A stretch of DNA of 64,000 bases from Takakia lepidozioides (Eukaryota; Plantae; Bryophyta), in contig CM060733.1 of the NCBI GenBank assembly GCA_030704615.1, forward strand, positions 17,980,001 through 18,044,000. The letters run 5' to 3'. The notes below the pieces were generated by a model. It saw nothing but the letters and a program-made list of their open reading frames with translations, searched no databases and was not told where the DNA came from. Positions 12,418 to 25,338 of this stretch are shown here, piece by piece. The position numbers and the translations under genes were made by a program. Numbering within the stretch: the first letter of the stretch is position 1; each line of letters starts with the position of its first letter.

Positions 12418-15400
12418 TTGAGAGTCTCTAATCGGTTTGATGCTCTGAATGAGGTTGAATCCAAACAGCCAGAAGGACAAGATGCCCCTAAGTGTACAGA
12501 ACCTGAACGTCCTGAATCTGAAGGATTTGGTACTCTGAATGGTTTACCAATCCTCAAGGTTTACACAAGAGGAACAAATTCTATACACGGGGTAATTGTC
12601 CCCAAGCCGTCAGATGGACAATCTGTCCCTAAGTGTGCAGAGCCTGAACGTCGTGTAACTGAAGGATTTGGTACTCTAAATGGTTTACCAATCCTCAAAG
12701 TCTACACAAGACGAGCAAAATCTACACACGGGGTAATTGTCCCCAAGCAGTCTGACGGACAATATACCTCTAAGTGTGTGGAGCCTGTGCGTCGTGTAAC
12801 TGAAGGATTTGGTACCCTGAATGGTTTACCAATTCTCAAAGTTTACACAAGACGAGTAAAATCTACACATGGGGTAACTGTCCCCCCTTTGCAGAACGGT
12901 TGGCCGTCCAGGAGCAATCACAGGCTACCTAGACGACAAACAATTCACATGCAAAGGGCTGGCTTGCGGCTGGCCATTTTCAACTTCTCAGGGCTTACTA
13001 ACCAAAGGAAACAACTCGAAGTGGGACAAGTCCTTCGGACTAATGATATTCTTTATCTGTGCTGGGCAAGAAACATGGGAAACGTCGGATAAACTGGTTG
13101 GAGATGTCAATGGTTATAAATGGGCAGGTAGGATGTGTACTCTCAAGGCAGCCTCTGCCAAACGCGGTCAAAAAGGGGTTGGATTCTTTGTCCGTGATTT
13201 CTTGTTTGATAATTGTGAAATTATCAACAAGGGTTTGAGGTACGAGCATAGTATCTGGCTAAAACTGAATCTGAAGGGCGGCATGAGTACGAAGGACCTC
13301 TTCGTGGGTTGTGTTTACATGCCCACAGAGGGAACCCTCAGTGCTGACGCAGACAAAGCCTTCGAAGATGTAAAGCTGGACTGTGCTTTGTTCCTTGCCA
13401 AAGGTCAGGAAGTGCTATTGGGTGACTTCAATGCCCGGGTGGGCAAAGGGCTCCATCAGGACGATATCATTGGGCCTTTTGGTGAGGACGAGCTGAATTC
13501 TAATGGCAGACGGTTAATTAACTGTCTGGAAGAGCTTCAGCTTTTGACCTTGAATAACAGGACAAGAGGTGACCAAGTGCAGTGGACTCGTGAGAAATCC
13601 CAAACTGGGGAACGTTCCATTGTGGACTATATCATAATGGACAAAAATTTGTTTCCCCAGCGTGCCAATCTGTTGATCGACAGAACTGATATTGGTACCT
13701 CTGACCACTTCCTGGTTTGGACTGAGATCAAAAGGTGTTTTCCCAACACCAAGAGATCTGTGAAACGTTCGATTCGGAAGTGGCGCATAGAAAAATTCCA
13801 TAATGAGGAGGTCAAGGCTGAGTACGTCCAGGCCTTGCAAGAGGCTCTCCCTCACTTTGTCCAATCGCTCCAAGAACTTCAGTCTCGCTCTGACAACGCA
13901 AGAAATGAAGTCGAAAGAGCAGTGGACTCTTGGGAGAGTTTCATTTCCTCCGTGGCTGACAAGATCATTGGGAGGAAACTAATTGTCTGCGGTAGAGCTG
14001 TTAATTGGTGGACCAATGAGATCAAACTCAAGATAGCTGAGAGACGAGCCCTCTATAAAGAGTGCTGCAATTTGAAAACCAACAGAGAATTGTGGGCGAG
14101 GTACTACCAGCTCCGTAAAGATATCAATCAGCTTGTTAGGTCTCAGAAGAAATTATACTGGGATAAGTTATACAGTGAAATAAACTCAAACCACCATGGT
14201 GGTAATGACAGGAAATTCTGGTTGGCCCTTCAACGTTTGTACAAGCCTAAAAACGGTCAGCAAGTACAAGCGCTGAAGACTACTAAAGGTGCAGTGGTGA
14301 CTTCATCGGTTGACATTGTCAAAACCTTTGAAAATCACTACAGTATCCTTGGCAGAACTTCTAGGTCTAACAGTGAGGGGTCTTCTGCTGAATGGAGGGA
14401 CACAGTTGGAAAAACTGTTCCTATAATTCAAAACAGCCCTGATGAACTGGAGTATATTTCAATGACTGAGGCCCTAGTTCTCCTCTTTAACCTTATCTGG
14501 AAGACTGAAATGATCCCCTTTCGCTGGCGACAGGGAGTCATTGTCAATCTATACAAGAAGGGTGACAGAGAAGAACCAGGGAACTACCGTGGCATCACGC
14601 TCCTCAATGCTGTTGGCAAGACATTCTGCAGAGTTAGAAGTACTCGTCTGGAGGTTGATCTGGAGTCTAGAGGTTGTTTCCACGAAGGCCAAGCTGGCTT
14701 TCGGCGAAACAGGGGCTGTGTGGATCATATCTTCACTCTAAGCCAGATTATTCAGGGAAGGAAAAAAGAAGGGAAACCCACTTATGTTTTTTTCCTGGAT
14801 GTCAAAAAGGCTTATGACACAGTGTGGAGAGATGGCCTATGGTTCCGCCTCTGGTCTTGTGGGATCAAGGGAAAGATGTGGAGAGTTGTCCACAACTTGT
14901 ATGCTCACACCAAAAGCTGTGTCACTGTTAACGGACAGAAGTCCAACTTCTTTGACATAGACCAAGGTGTAGCTCAAGGATGTACTCTCTCCCCTCTGCT
15001 CTTCAATGTTTTCATCAATCAACTCCTCGAGGATGTGGAAAGTGAGGGATTTGGGTTAAGGGTGGGTGATACCACCATACCAGCCCTTATGTTTGCGGAT
15101 GACTTCACAGGCATAGGGGAGACTCCAACCAATCTCCAGGAGTTGATTGATTGCGCGAAGAGATACTTTGATCTTTGGGGGCTAGAGGCCAATGTCAGCA
15201 AATGTGCAGTGGTAGCATTCAACGACAGAGGAGAGGGAGGAAGTGATCTTAAGTGGCAGTGGGGTAGCCAAGAGATCCCGGTCCTCCCTTCCTACACTTA
15301 CCTGGGCGTTGAGTTTTCCTCCAATTGTAAGTGGGATGCACATATCCAGAAAGTTGTTCAAACTGGCAAGGGCAAAGCTCTGGGGCTCACTAAATTTTTC

Positions 15401-16224
15401 CACTGCAGAGGGGTCAACTCTGAGGTTAAGAAAACCATGCTTTGTCGCGTTATTAGACCTGCCTTGGAGTATAGATCTGCTATATGGGTTGATAACTCCA
15501 ACCAGGCTAAGTCTCTAGAATCCATTCAAGTGGGGGTGCTTAAGGAGTGTATGTCAGCATGCTCCAAAACAGCCAATGTGGCTGTTCGGGGTGAGTTTGG
15601 CATTCCATCCTTAAGCTCCCGACGAGATGAATTCAAGGTCAGATGGTGGGGTCAGCTGCAACATATGCCCAACACCAGATATCCTAAGTTAATCAACTCT
15701 ATATCTTGGAAACAGGACCGCCCTGTCAAACAGGCTAAGTCCTAGCAGAAGAGAGTAGAAGAGATTCTCAAGGACCTGGACCTGGATCCGCAAGTCTTGC
15801 CCTGCTGGATAAATCTGACTTAGAGACTGTAGTGTCCAAAGCCATGTCTGTTGCCATGACATTGTCTGATGAAAATGAAGTTAGGCAGAAAACTTCCCTG
15901 AACTTGTTTCCAGTCAGTGACATGGGGGAGGACATCTTGGATGACCTCAAGGGTCTACCCACTCTCGGCACTAGACTGAAATTCAAACTCAGGGCAGGAA
16001 GCCTACCTTTGAACAGCAAACAGAAGCAGAGAGGAAAGGGAGAGTGCAATTGCCCGTTGTGTGGGCAATCTGAAGACAGTATTCATTTTCTGATGCACTG
16101 TCCGGGGTTCTCTCACCAAAGAGACGCTCTCTTCAACTCTATCAAGGGAATTGTGCCTGTACATCTGTTTACCAACTTTAAAGTCTCGAGGCTGAGCCAA
16201 AAGCCAGGCCCTCCTGAGGCCTAG
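12418..16224 (+). pseudogene. LINE polyprotein (N-terminal repeats, APE, RT, zinc knuckle), disrupted
   Basis: ORFs 12418-13092, 13043-15745 and 15832-16224 join into one protein via a frameshift at ~13050 (NDI to FICAGQETW), a TAG at 15743 and a further frameshift. The usual K-A-P-G-x-D-G block before the RT appears deleted near 14460. Confidence 0.85.
12474..12886 (+). repeat. Three tandem in-frame 141-bp (47-aa) repeats within the LINE
   Basis: GAAGGATTTGGTAC recurs at 12520, 12661 and 12802, encoding EGFGTLNGLPILKVYTR three times. Confidence 0.95.
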
Positions 16225-17670
16225 TTTTTGGGCAAATCACACACAGCAGATTGATGCTTGTGTGAAGGGATTTCTAGAGGATATCTGGAAAACCCGGATT
16301 ATTTCTTTATATGAAGGTAAGTCTTACTACCAACGTCAGCCCCTGACAGAGGTAGGTTCCCGCTCAAACTGGGTGCGGGGTCAATGGCCACAAGGCTACG
16401 GCAAACAACGTCTTATGAGTACAATCTATTTGCATGTCCGTCTTATCTTGCTATTTGTTGATGAGCAGGGTGGCTGCATGATCTGATTTCTCCAGGAATA
16501 CATTCCAAACGGAGCATTTATTACAGCCTTTGCAGGGAGCACGTTTGCAGCTGCATCGCGGCCTCAGTTCTTAGCTAATACCGGCTATCACATCACCAGT
16601 CTCTCACTGGTATACTATGTCTCTTGTCACTGGGAATGTTGGATGGAGTATAAGCTTATAATCAACCATAAAATTCTCTTACTTTCAGGCACATGGCACA
16701 CACACCAGACGTTTTGCCAAACCCTGACTCTCTTTGTTTTGACTGTGACTGGGTTAGATCTTATTTGATACAGGCTCCCAACATGATGCGATGCGCCTAT
16801 GGTGAGAAAACATGTATGTTCTTCAGTTCAGCCAAAATCGAACTTACATCCCCAATGAAAGCTGCACACAAATGACTAATTTCTTTGATGGGAACCTTGG
16901 GTGGCTGAACACTGAAATAACAATAGATGACATTGCAGGAAAAGCTTGTTTTTAACAAAACCTGGGAGTTAATTGAGCAACCATAATTTCACACACAATT
17001 CTAATGACGTCCATGAACTTAGGTGCTAAATTTTGACCAAGGCAGACTCCAGAATCTACTCTGGAAGATTGATGGCTGCCAGTCTTTTGTTTGCGTGGAT
17101 GGGGAGTGTGCTATCCAAAGCGGAACCTGCAAAGATACTGGAGGCAAAGTGGACTGCAGTCTTAGCATTCAACTCACATGGTCTGGCACTGACCGTCGTT
17201 ACCAAGTGCTCAATTCATGGTACCAAATTAGTAATCTTCGCCAGTATTCACTCTCTACAGCAACCTCAAGAATTCTCTTACCAATCAGTACAACTCAATC
17301 ATACACAGTTCACTCCTTCAGGCAAGGTGAGGAGAGAGCCACAAGGGAAAGGGTTTGCGGAATTGGTGTTACCTCAACACCATGGTTTTTGTGAAAGGAG
17401 ATGGGTAGGGATAATTCTCAAGAGTGCTACTTAACTGACAAGTCTGCAGAAGCCTGGCTTCTTCAACGGGGAGACATTAAGCTGTCAGAGAGAGATAGCT
17501 TTTGTCTTGTCAAAACAGGAAAGGAGAATACAGCCTTAACTCAAGTCCATTACTCTGTATCTCCTGCACCCCATTAACAATAGAGAATAGTGCCAAAGAA
17601 AGCTATATACCCCTCTTATAAGCTCAATAAGTCAAAGGGACCTTGTAAAAAATTGGCAAATATCACATAC

Positions 17671-18424
17671 TGTAATCCCCAGGCGGCAACATTCTGCTAT
17701 ATGGAGTGTAGCCCACAGTGCATTGATATTGACCACTGCTTCCAAGGGTTGACTTGGGCGCAGCAATGCCTCAAACTGTCCAAACAAACACCAGGCCAAC
17801 TCAGTCAAACACTCGAATCAAAGGACACAAGATGTCTCTTGAAGCATGCTGGCTATTGTGCAAATCAGGGGGGTGAATGCCTACCACTTGCAGTGATGGC
17901 TTCTCTTGCAGGGGCCTGTGGGTGTCCGCAAACAGCTGGTGTTGGATGCAGACTTGATAACAAATCAAACCGCCCAGAAATGACAGTGAGGTTAGGTCCA
18001 AATATTGAAAGGGACCCTAGAGATAGCGATGGAACCTGGTTCAAAGGAGGTAGACAGCAAGTGTACATACTTGCCATGTATTCGCCGGTCATGGCCCTAG
18101 CAGATCCACCAAACTAATAGGACATGAATGAAAGGCCAAGAGGTTGGCTGACACAAATCTATCAAAAGTGTCTAATACTGCAAAGCCTAAGACATACTTA
18201 GTACTTACCTCGTCAGCTTCATCCTCAAGTTGGCTAATCAAGCGAGCTTACAGATGCTGGACCCGGGCTTGCTTGATGACGCTCTTATGGGATTCAAGCT
18301 CCACATGCTTACACACCATCTACAAAGGGCAGCACATCAACAGAATTAGTCAAGCTAGTACACACAGCACCAACAGAGTATTCTGTATTCCAATCAAACC
18401 CTTTCTAGCAAACAGTCGCTCCGG
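17671..18424 (-). pseudogene. PHYLLO: PHYLLO (MenF isochorismate synthase fused to MenD) relic
   Basis: Splice-bounded exon remnants: PERLFARKG from 18424; MVCKHV..KQARVQHL*ARL..EDEADE at 18319-18209 with an in-frame TAA; FDLLSSLHPTPAVCGHP at 17969-17885 with acceptor mutated to cgg; FEALLRPSQPLEAVVNINALWATLHIAECCRLGIT at 17775-17671 (MenF end into MenD start). Confidence 0.85.
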
Positions 18425-18973
18425 CTGGCTCCCATCCATTGCAAGTTTCAACATTACTAGAGAACGTCCTCAGCTTAACCGCAGATCACATCTCTGAAAA
18501 GGCTAAGGAGCAGGAGAAGATCAGGTTTAAGGATAAGATAGACAAAGTTTACCAATACCTGTGCACATTGGCTAACCTTTTGGGCTTCAGGGTTTCTTCC
18601 ACCAGGAAACTCAAACCCAAGATTGCCTTGGTGTACAGACACCAAACATCTATCATATGGATAGAAATTATGTTTTAGGTGTTGGCATCATACCGGAAAG
18701 CGTGAGATCAATTCAAGAGCTGCTCTAGGCTTTTAGATTGTATCAGATCTGCCAAATGTAATGTGGTGCACTGCCAATGATATTGCTGAAGAAAGGAGCA
18801 GAAGAAAGAAAACAGAAAAGATGGCTAGAAAACATCCAGTCATAGGTTGCCAACTCTCTCTACATGGGACTATGATTTTGGAGATCCTAAGCTGTAATAG
18901 AACTAATTCCTATCATGTTTATGAGTGTCTCAAATTGTATCAAGCCAAGATGCTTTGTAAAGATATTCGCCTG

Positions 18974-21900
18974 TTATTCTCGAGTGGGAATGTACTCTAA
19001 GTTAATTTCACATTTTTCCAATCTTTCTCGCACATCGTGGTGTTGGATCTCTATATGTTTTGTTCTAGCATGAAAGATTGGATTTTTGACTAACTTGATA
19101 CTATTCTGATTATCGCACCATAATGTGACTAGTTGAGAGGATTCTTGAATCGTAAGGTCAATCAACAAGTTTCTCAACCACACACTCTCTTTCGTGCCCT
19201 TAGATTATTACTTTGTACCCCACTTTTGTGGAGGATATTAAAGCTATAGTAGGTTGGCGTTTAGAGCTCCATGTAATTGGAGAATCTCCCAACTTTAAAA
19301 GATACACAGTTGTCGATTTCTTGTTTCAGTATCTCCTGCCCAATCTGAGTCAACATAGCCAGTCAAAATCGGTTCCCTCTCCCCCCACGTCCTAGGTCAA
19401 CCCATAGTCAAGAGTGTCTTTTATGTATCTCAAGATTTGCTTTACAACATTCAAATGAGCAACTTGGGGTGTTGATAAAAGTCAAATGACGATGCTTACT
19501 GTGATGACAATGTCAAATCTGGTTTGGGTGAGATATATGAGCTTTCCCACCATTCTCCTGTACAGTGTAGCATTACAGCATGACGAATCCTGTTACAAGT
19601 TTGAGACCCTCATGCATTGGTACTTTGCTTGGGAAGCAATCTGCCATTTCAAATTCCTTGAGAGCTGCACCTTGACCTCGGTCCTTGTCAATAATAGGTC
19701 ATCCACGTACAAGAGTAGAATAACATATATATTTTCCTCCATCAAATTTGTAATGGAGGTTGTGATCATGTTCACTTCTTTTGAATCCTTGTGAAAAAAA
19801 AAATTTGTGGATGCATTCATACCAGGCACATGGAGCCTACTTGAGCCCATAGAATGCTATCCTTAATCGACAAACTTTGGCGTGTTTAAGCAACGAATCC
19901 CTCTGGTTGCATCATATAAACTTCTTTTTTTAATTTGTCATTCAGAAAGGTTGTTTTCACGTCTAAGTGCGTGATATCCCATTTTATCTGAGTTATAAGA
20001 GCAACCATCAGCGGATAGTTCTTCACGTATAGGGGAAAACTTTCTTGATAATCCAATCTCTCATGTTGTTCAAAACCTCTAGGTGTTATATGAGCTTTAA
20101 GCTTATAATCAACTTTTCATGTGGCATCATACTTGGTTTTGAACACCCCTTAGAAAAAATTAGAACCTTCCTTGGAGGTAGATCAACTAGGAATGTTCAT
20201 GTAAATCGAATCAATTTTGCTCTCCGTGGCCAATTTCCATCCAGGATTTGAAATTGCTTATGCAACACTAATAGGTTACAACTTCATGAATATCTGTAGC
20301 TACAAAATAGTCAATAAATTTTACGGTGCTCCTCTGACTCGAGTTGATCTTCTTATCTCGGGAGGCTCCAACGTCTGGACAGATGGATGCTCATGATCGA
20401 GTGGAGTTAGAGGTGGCAGTTCTGGTGAGAGCAGCCTTGCATTAGGAGATGCACTTGTTGAAAAGTCGGGAGCCGTATTGGGTAAGCCGACATCCATTGT
20501 TTGTTCAATTACCGGAGGTATCTCAGCCAAAGGTGATGCTATTGTTTAGTGCCAAAACTCTAGTGTAATATTCTTCACTGAGACAGATTGGGTTGGCTTG
20601 ACTATCCCCTTAGTATTTTCATCAAATTTTACATCCTTAAATACTCCAATCTTCCTCAACACATGTCAAAACACCAATATGCTTTTGAACTAGCATCGTA
20701 ACCCACAAACATACACCGAGTAGTCTTAGTATCTGAAAGTTTGTACAGACCATTGTCATGATTGTCTCTAGTTCCTTTTGTAAGGATTTTTCGAGGATCC
20801 TTGCTATTGAAGATAAGACATGACTTTGAATCAAAACATACGATACATCATTTGTCAGTGCCAACCGAGAGCAAATTCTTGGTGATACTCAGCCCGTAAA
20901 GAATATCTCTGATGTCTTTAAATTCTTCACTAGGGAGGCGGAAAGTTACATGACTCTTGCCTTAGATAGGGATTATTTGTCCATTGGCAGTTTTCATTGT
21001 ACTAATGTGACTGCTAATCTTCATGAAGTCAATCGCAGTTTTTTGTCCAGTGACGTGTTGAGTTGTCCCAGAGTGTTGAACCATTCTTTATTCTTTGCAA
21101 TATTAGGCTAGTCAATAATGTAAGCCGCATCGTGGTACTTCTCATTTTATTTGATGGCAAGGTTGACTTCAAACATTGGATCTTTGGTGTCTCTACTTTT
21201 GTCTTCAACGTTCATAGCAGCTAGAGCTGATTCAAACATTGTGTTTGAGTCGTCATGTTTTTCTCCCCTCCTATGGTGGCCTCCTTATGAACCACATTTT
21301 TCTGTTGACGAGGTGCTTGTCTAGATCATCTAGGGTTGCAACATTCTTTGGACTAGTCTAGACATGCCACAATTGAAGCACCGGGTTCCATGTTTGCGAC
21401 GATATTATATAGTGTTATTGTTATCGTGGTCTTCGAAACTTGATTTGTCTCCATATTCGGGGCGCTGGTCGTGTTGAACGGGTGTGTGCTTAGTGAAAGT
21501 TCCTGGCATACGTCGAACAAAGTATAGTGCTTCATCTGGAGCTTTTGATGAAGCTCTCAGCATATCTCATGGCTTTTTCATGCAATAGGCGTCCTATAAT
21601 GACATCAAGTAGAGGGTACTAGAGACCCTAGAGTAGAAAATCCTTGGATAAATGAGTCATAAGTCTCAGGTAAATTAGAAAACAAGACCCGAATAATTTC
21701 TTCATCGTCTATTTTGATCGCACAACTTGTTAGATGAGACACAATTTCATTGAACTCTCTAAGATAGGAGTACAATCCCAACTCCTCGTGCATTTTGAGA
21801 GTTCGTAAAGTTTGGTTCTCAACAAAAGTTTCCTGGTGATATATATCCCGAGACTCGTATAATTTATTAAGCAAAAGCCAACAGTCTCTAGGATTATCGA

Positions 21901-22330
21901 CATCATGCAAATAATGATTGATCTGATCTTTAACCGGCATGACAATGATAAAGCCTTGGCTTTGAGTTATTCAAATTCAACCATGGATATTGCAACAGTT
22001 CTTCGTTTAAGTTAAGTTTGCATCTCAGGCGAGCCAGGTGGCCTCCCTGAAGCTGCAGATACACCTACAGAGACGGGACTACCTTGTCACTAGTAGTGGA
22101 ATCTTGGGACACAATGTCCCTGTGCATAAACCCTCCTTCTTGAAAATATGCTTGACACGAACTTCCAGATGCTGAAGTTTGAGCTCATTTCGACCAACGT
22201 GCATGTCTTGGAGATGCTTGTGTTGTCACTGTTGTCCATCATTGTCTCTTGTGGAGCTGGGCTCGCACAACTAATTTCAAGTTTTGTGGAGCTATGCTCA
22301 CACACGGTCACATATAGTAGTACGTTCATG
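18974..22330 (-). mobile_element. Degenerate Ty1/Copia LTR-retrotransposon internal region
   Basis: RNase H motif LWCDNQNSIKLVKNPIFHARTKHIEI, RT motif LLLYVDDLL and a gag-like segment at 21605-21940, with many stops. No LTR pair was found, so boundaries are approximate. Confidence 0.85.
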
Positions 22331-23685
22331 TACTGAGAACTAAGCCCACAACCATCCTAATCAACTGAGCTTAGCTCGAGTTAATATTGAAGATGTCATA
22401 CACTAAACAAAGCTCAAGTTTAACTAGAAAAAGAGAAAACATTTGCATTCAATACCTTGAGAGTACCGTAGAGGTCGCTCTATTCTGATGTTAATTAATT
22501 CATTTTAAGAGAGAACGAATATTTTAAAATTCTGCCCCTGGGAATAGACAAAATATGGGAATAATCATCATTTTTAAAAAATGAACTTCGGAAAAAAAAA
22601 AAAATGGCAACTACCGACTGCAACAAAAATACGGTAGTGAACTCCTAAACGTCATGTTTGAGACTTACCTATAAAAATGCAGCGTTTAGCACTAACCATG
22701 ATTATGGCTTGCCACATAGTTTTATGGCTAACCATAACTATGACTTGTGACAGAGAATGTCAACTGTACGTGAATCATGACATGGCCCACCCAGTTTAAT
22801 GAAAAGTACCCAAGGGGTGTCGTATTCCAGAAAAATTGGATGAAGCTTGGACGAAAAAATTAATATTGTCATCAAGCCTGCCAAACCTGACGACATGCAT
22901 GTATTTAATGATTCCAGCAGGGCTATGTCGAAATAGAGCGGCCACGTAGGAGCTCATCAACTATTTTCCAATAAAAAAAGTGAACAAAACGCTCATCAAG
23001 TAGAGGTCATCATTGATAACCACGTGGCCTCAAAAAGAAAAGAAAAGAATATGGTGCCACGTCAACAATATAAATCTATCAACAAATTATATATTTACAA
23101 TCTAGTATATAATGACTTTATTAATTACATTTGACGACCGCCAGACAATCCCAAATATTTTCCAAAGTTTTAAATAAATTGGTTACAAAGATATGGATTA
23201 TGGTGGTTTAATGAAACATAGGTTTTTCTTAGTTCAGACTCAGATCCCTTGGATTGTTTTCAATCTTTGCAAATGAGGGTGAAAAGAATGTCATCTCCTG
23301 CTTTGATACTATTGTAGTCTGAAAATTCCACAAAGCATATCTTGAAGCCTAACCATCTAGCCACAGTGTAAAGAGGTTCATTTCTTGTTTAATATGTGCA
23401 AGGAACCTCATGTACGTGGAAAGCTTGTTGCTACATATCTACAAACTAATGCAAACTTTAAATTATTAATCTATTTAAAAAGATGAAAAAAATATTATTG
23501 TTGTCGTTGCCTAATTTGGAATACAAAAGGCACTCGAGTCCCTAGGCATACAGGAGAAACCATACATCAGAACAAGGTAGCAAGATTTGAGCCCCAAACC
23601 ATCGGATGACAAGAAATGCACAAACTAACTAGTAGCTAAGCTATTAATTGCTAATTATGATGTATGCTTTATAATAAATAGTTTA

Positions 23686-25338
23686 GGGGCCGCACTGGAC
23701 GATTTAGCCATGGCTAAGTCAGGTTTAGCCATGGCTAAGTTTATGTAGATGCCGCACTGGATGATTTAGCCACTGTTAAAGTTAGTTAAAGTTAGTCAAG
23801 TCGCTAACTACCTCCAGTATTTGTCGGACGAGATAACCCCTACCCACCCCCACGTATTAACTTTAACCACATGGGGCAGCATATGGAAAATTCCAACGCT
23901 CCCCGTTCTACCTCCGTTCCCCGTTCTGCGCAGTCCTCGCAACTAACGTACTGTAGCTTGGCTCCACCAAACTCCAGATGCAAGCAAGATTGACGTAGAA
24001 ATTTGGATCATTGACAATCCGCCAGCAGCTACTAACATATTAGCACTCGGAAACATAGCACATAAATTGAAAAGGCTCCGATGGGGGACAAGGTTCCAGA
24101 ATTAGAGCAGGAAATTTAGCGTAGCACCAGCGATAGCAGAGTAGAAAAGATCATCTGCATCAGCTAAACAACATTCCTAGGACAATTGCGGAACTAAATC
24201 TACGCCAGCCTTCCTCCGAAGGCCTTCGGATTTTAAGCGATTCCGATTAATTTGAGTGAACCTCGCTTTTGTATGTTTGTTCTTCCTGTGCATCTAGTCG
24301 GTTGTCAATGCATCGTGGTCTGGCGGAGACATAAAATCTAGATGATCAACTCCAAGCAAATGATCATGATAGTCAAAAATTCTTGAACGTAGTCTAAGCC
24401 CTTGCTAGACGTCGCACGATGCATGAAAAGACAAACCTATTTTCCAAACGTCTTTCTAGTCCCTTGAATCAGTAGAGCTCTAAGAGAAAATTAAACTTAA
24501 ATGATGGAATGCATAGATCTGGAATTCAATTCTTTCAACGTGCACCTACTCTTCCCATTTAAAGGTTCTTACAAAGAGAGCAGCTGGCAAAAGAGCCTCT
24601 ATCCCCATTTTAACACTAAATTATAAACAAATGTATTTGAAGCCCGGTTCTATGCATATCATTTTGAGCACTAGCAATAACTTAACAGAATGTTCAATCA
24701 AGGGCAAACGAATGAGGTCATGATCCAGTTGGGCTCCACTTAAGTAGTGGATCAAAGTCGAGAAGCGGTTTTCCAGTCCAAGTTTTTCAAAGAGCTGTTA
24801 TTTTTAGCAAGACCTGGTTCGTGCTGATTCAGGAAACATTTTGGAAGAGGGATTTGATCTCGAGGAAATATCAGCAAATTCACTTGTAGGGATAAATCAG
24901 GCGAGCTTCTCCTACATCAGAGAGAAGCTTTGTTCCATCAACGTCTATCTCCCTCAAAGCAAAAACTAGCTATGGCTACCAAGCTACTGCACAAGCCAAC
25001 CTACTACCAGTTCAGTGGGATGTGGGTTCTCCTAGCCATTGCAGGTTATTAGGACTCAGATGTAGAAGGCCAATGAGATGGTGCCGCCATGTACTCATAG
25101 ATTTATGTACTCTGTCGTTCTATCTGTGTGCATGAGCACGCTCTACACGAGCTTCGCAGCTATGGCGTCCTCGCTGCCTCGACGGGCAGCTCCAGCGGCG
25201 CATGGCGGGCAGCTCGCGGGATAACCTTCGTTAGCCATTGCTGACTTTTTAGCCATAAGTGCGGCTGCACATTATCCCGGGCTAACTAACCATTGCTTAA
25301 CAGTGGCTAGCAGTGGCTAGTTAACCACCAGTGTGGTA
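23686..25338. mobile_element. Probable degenerate TIR DNA transposon (PIF/Harbinger-like ends)
   Basis: Left end TTA|GGGGCCGCACTGG and right end CCAGTGTGGTAC form an imperfect inverted pair. TTAGCCA/TGGCTA motifs cluster at both ends. No transposase motif was recognised. Confidence 0.45.

Larger units (their letters stand above)
11707..16424 (+). mobile_element. Near full-length non-LTR retrotransposon (APE + RT + CCHC; RTE/RTEX-like)
   Basis: TSD TCTATTTGCA(TA)TGTC at 11691-11706 and 16425-16438, with the empty site present in copy A near 5021. APE motifs QETW, LLGDFNARVG and SDH; RT motifs NYRGITLL, QAGFR, QGCTLSP and FADD; C-terminal CPLC..HFLMHC. Confidence 0.95.
10904..17330 (+). pseudogene. 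Expp1-like secreted protein, copy B (colinear three-exon copy, LINE in intron 1)
   Basis: Exon 1 starts at 10904 and has a small deletion and donor gt changed to ct (~11215). Exon 2 is 16496-16609. Exon 3 is 17023-17330 with an 18-nt and a 7-nt (frameshift) deletion relative to copy A. Flanks are homologous to 3681-5351 (direct) and 2860-3604 (inverted). Confidence 0.85.

Noticed and set aside
18700-22500. LTR pair, PBS and PPT for the Copia remnant
   Set aside because: No terminal direct repeats or tRNA-Met PBS were found by eye.
22800-23145. Possible small TIR element
   Set aside because: The inverted match is too weak and there is no TSD.
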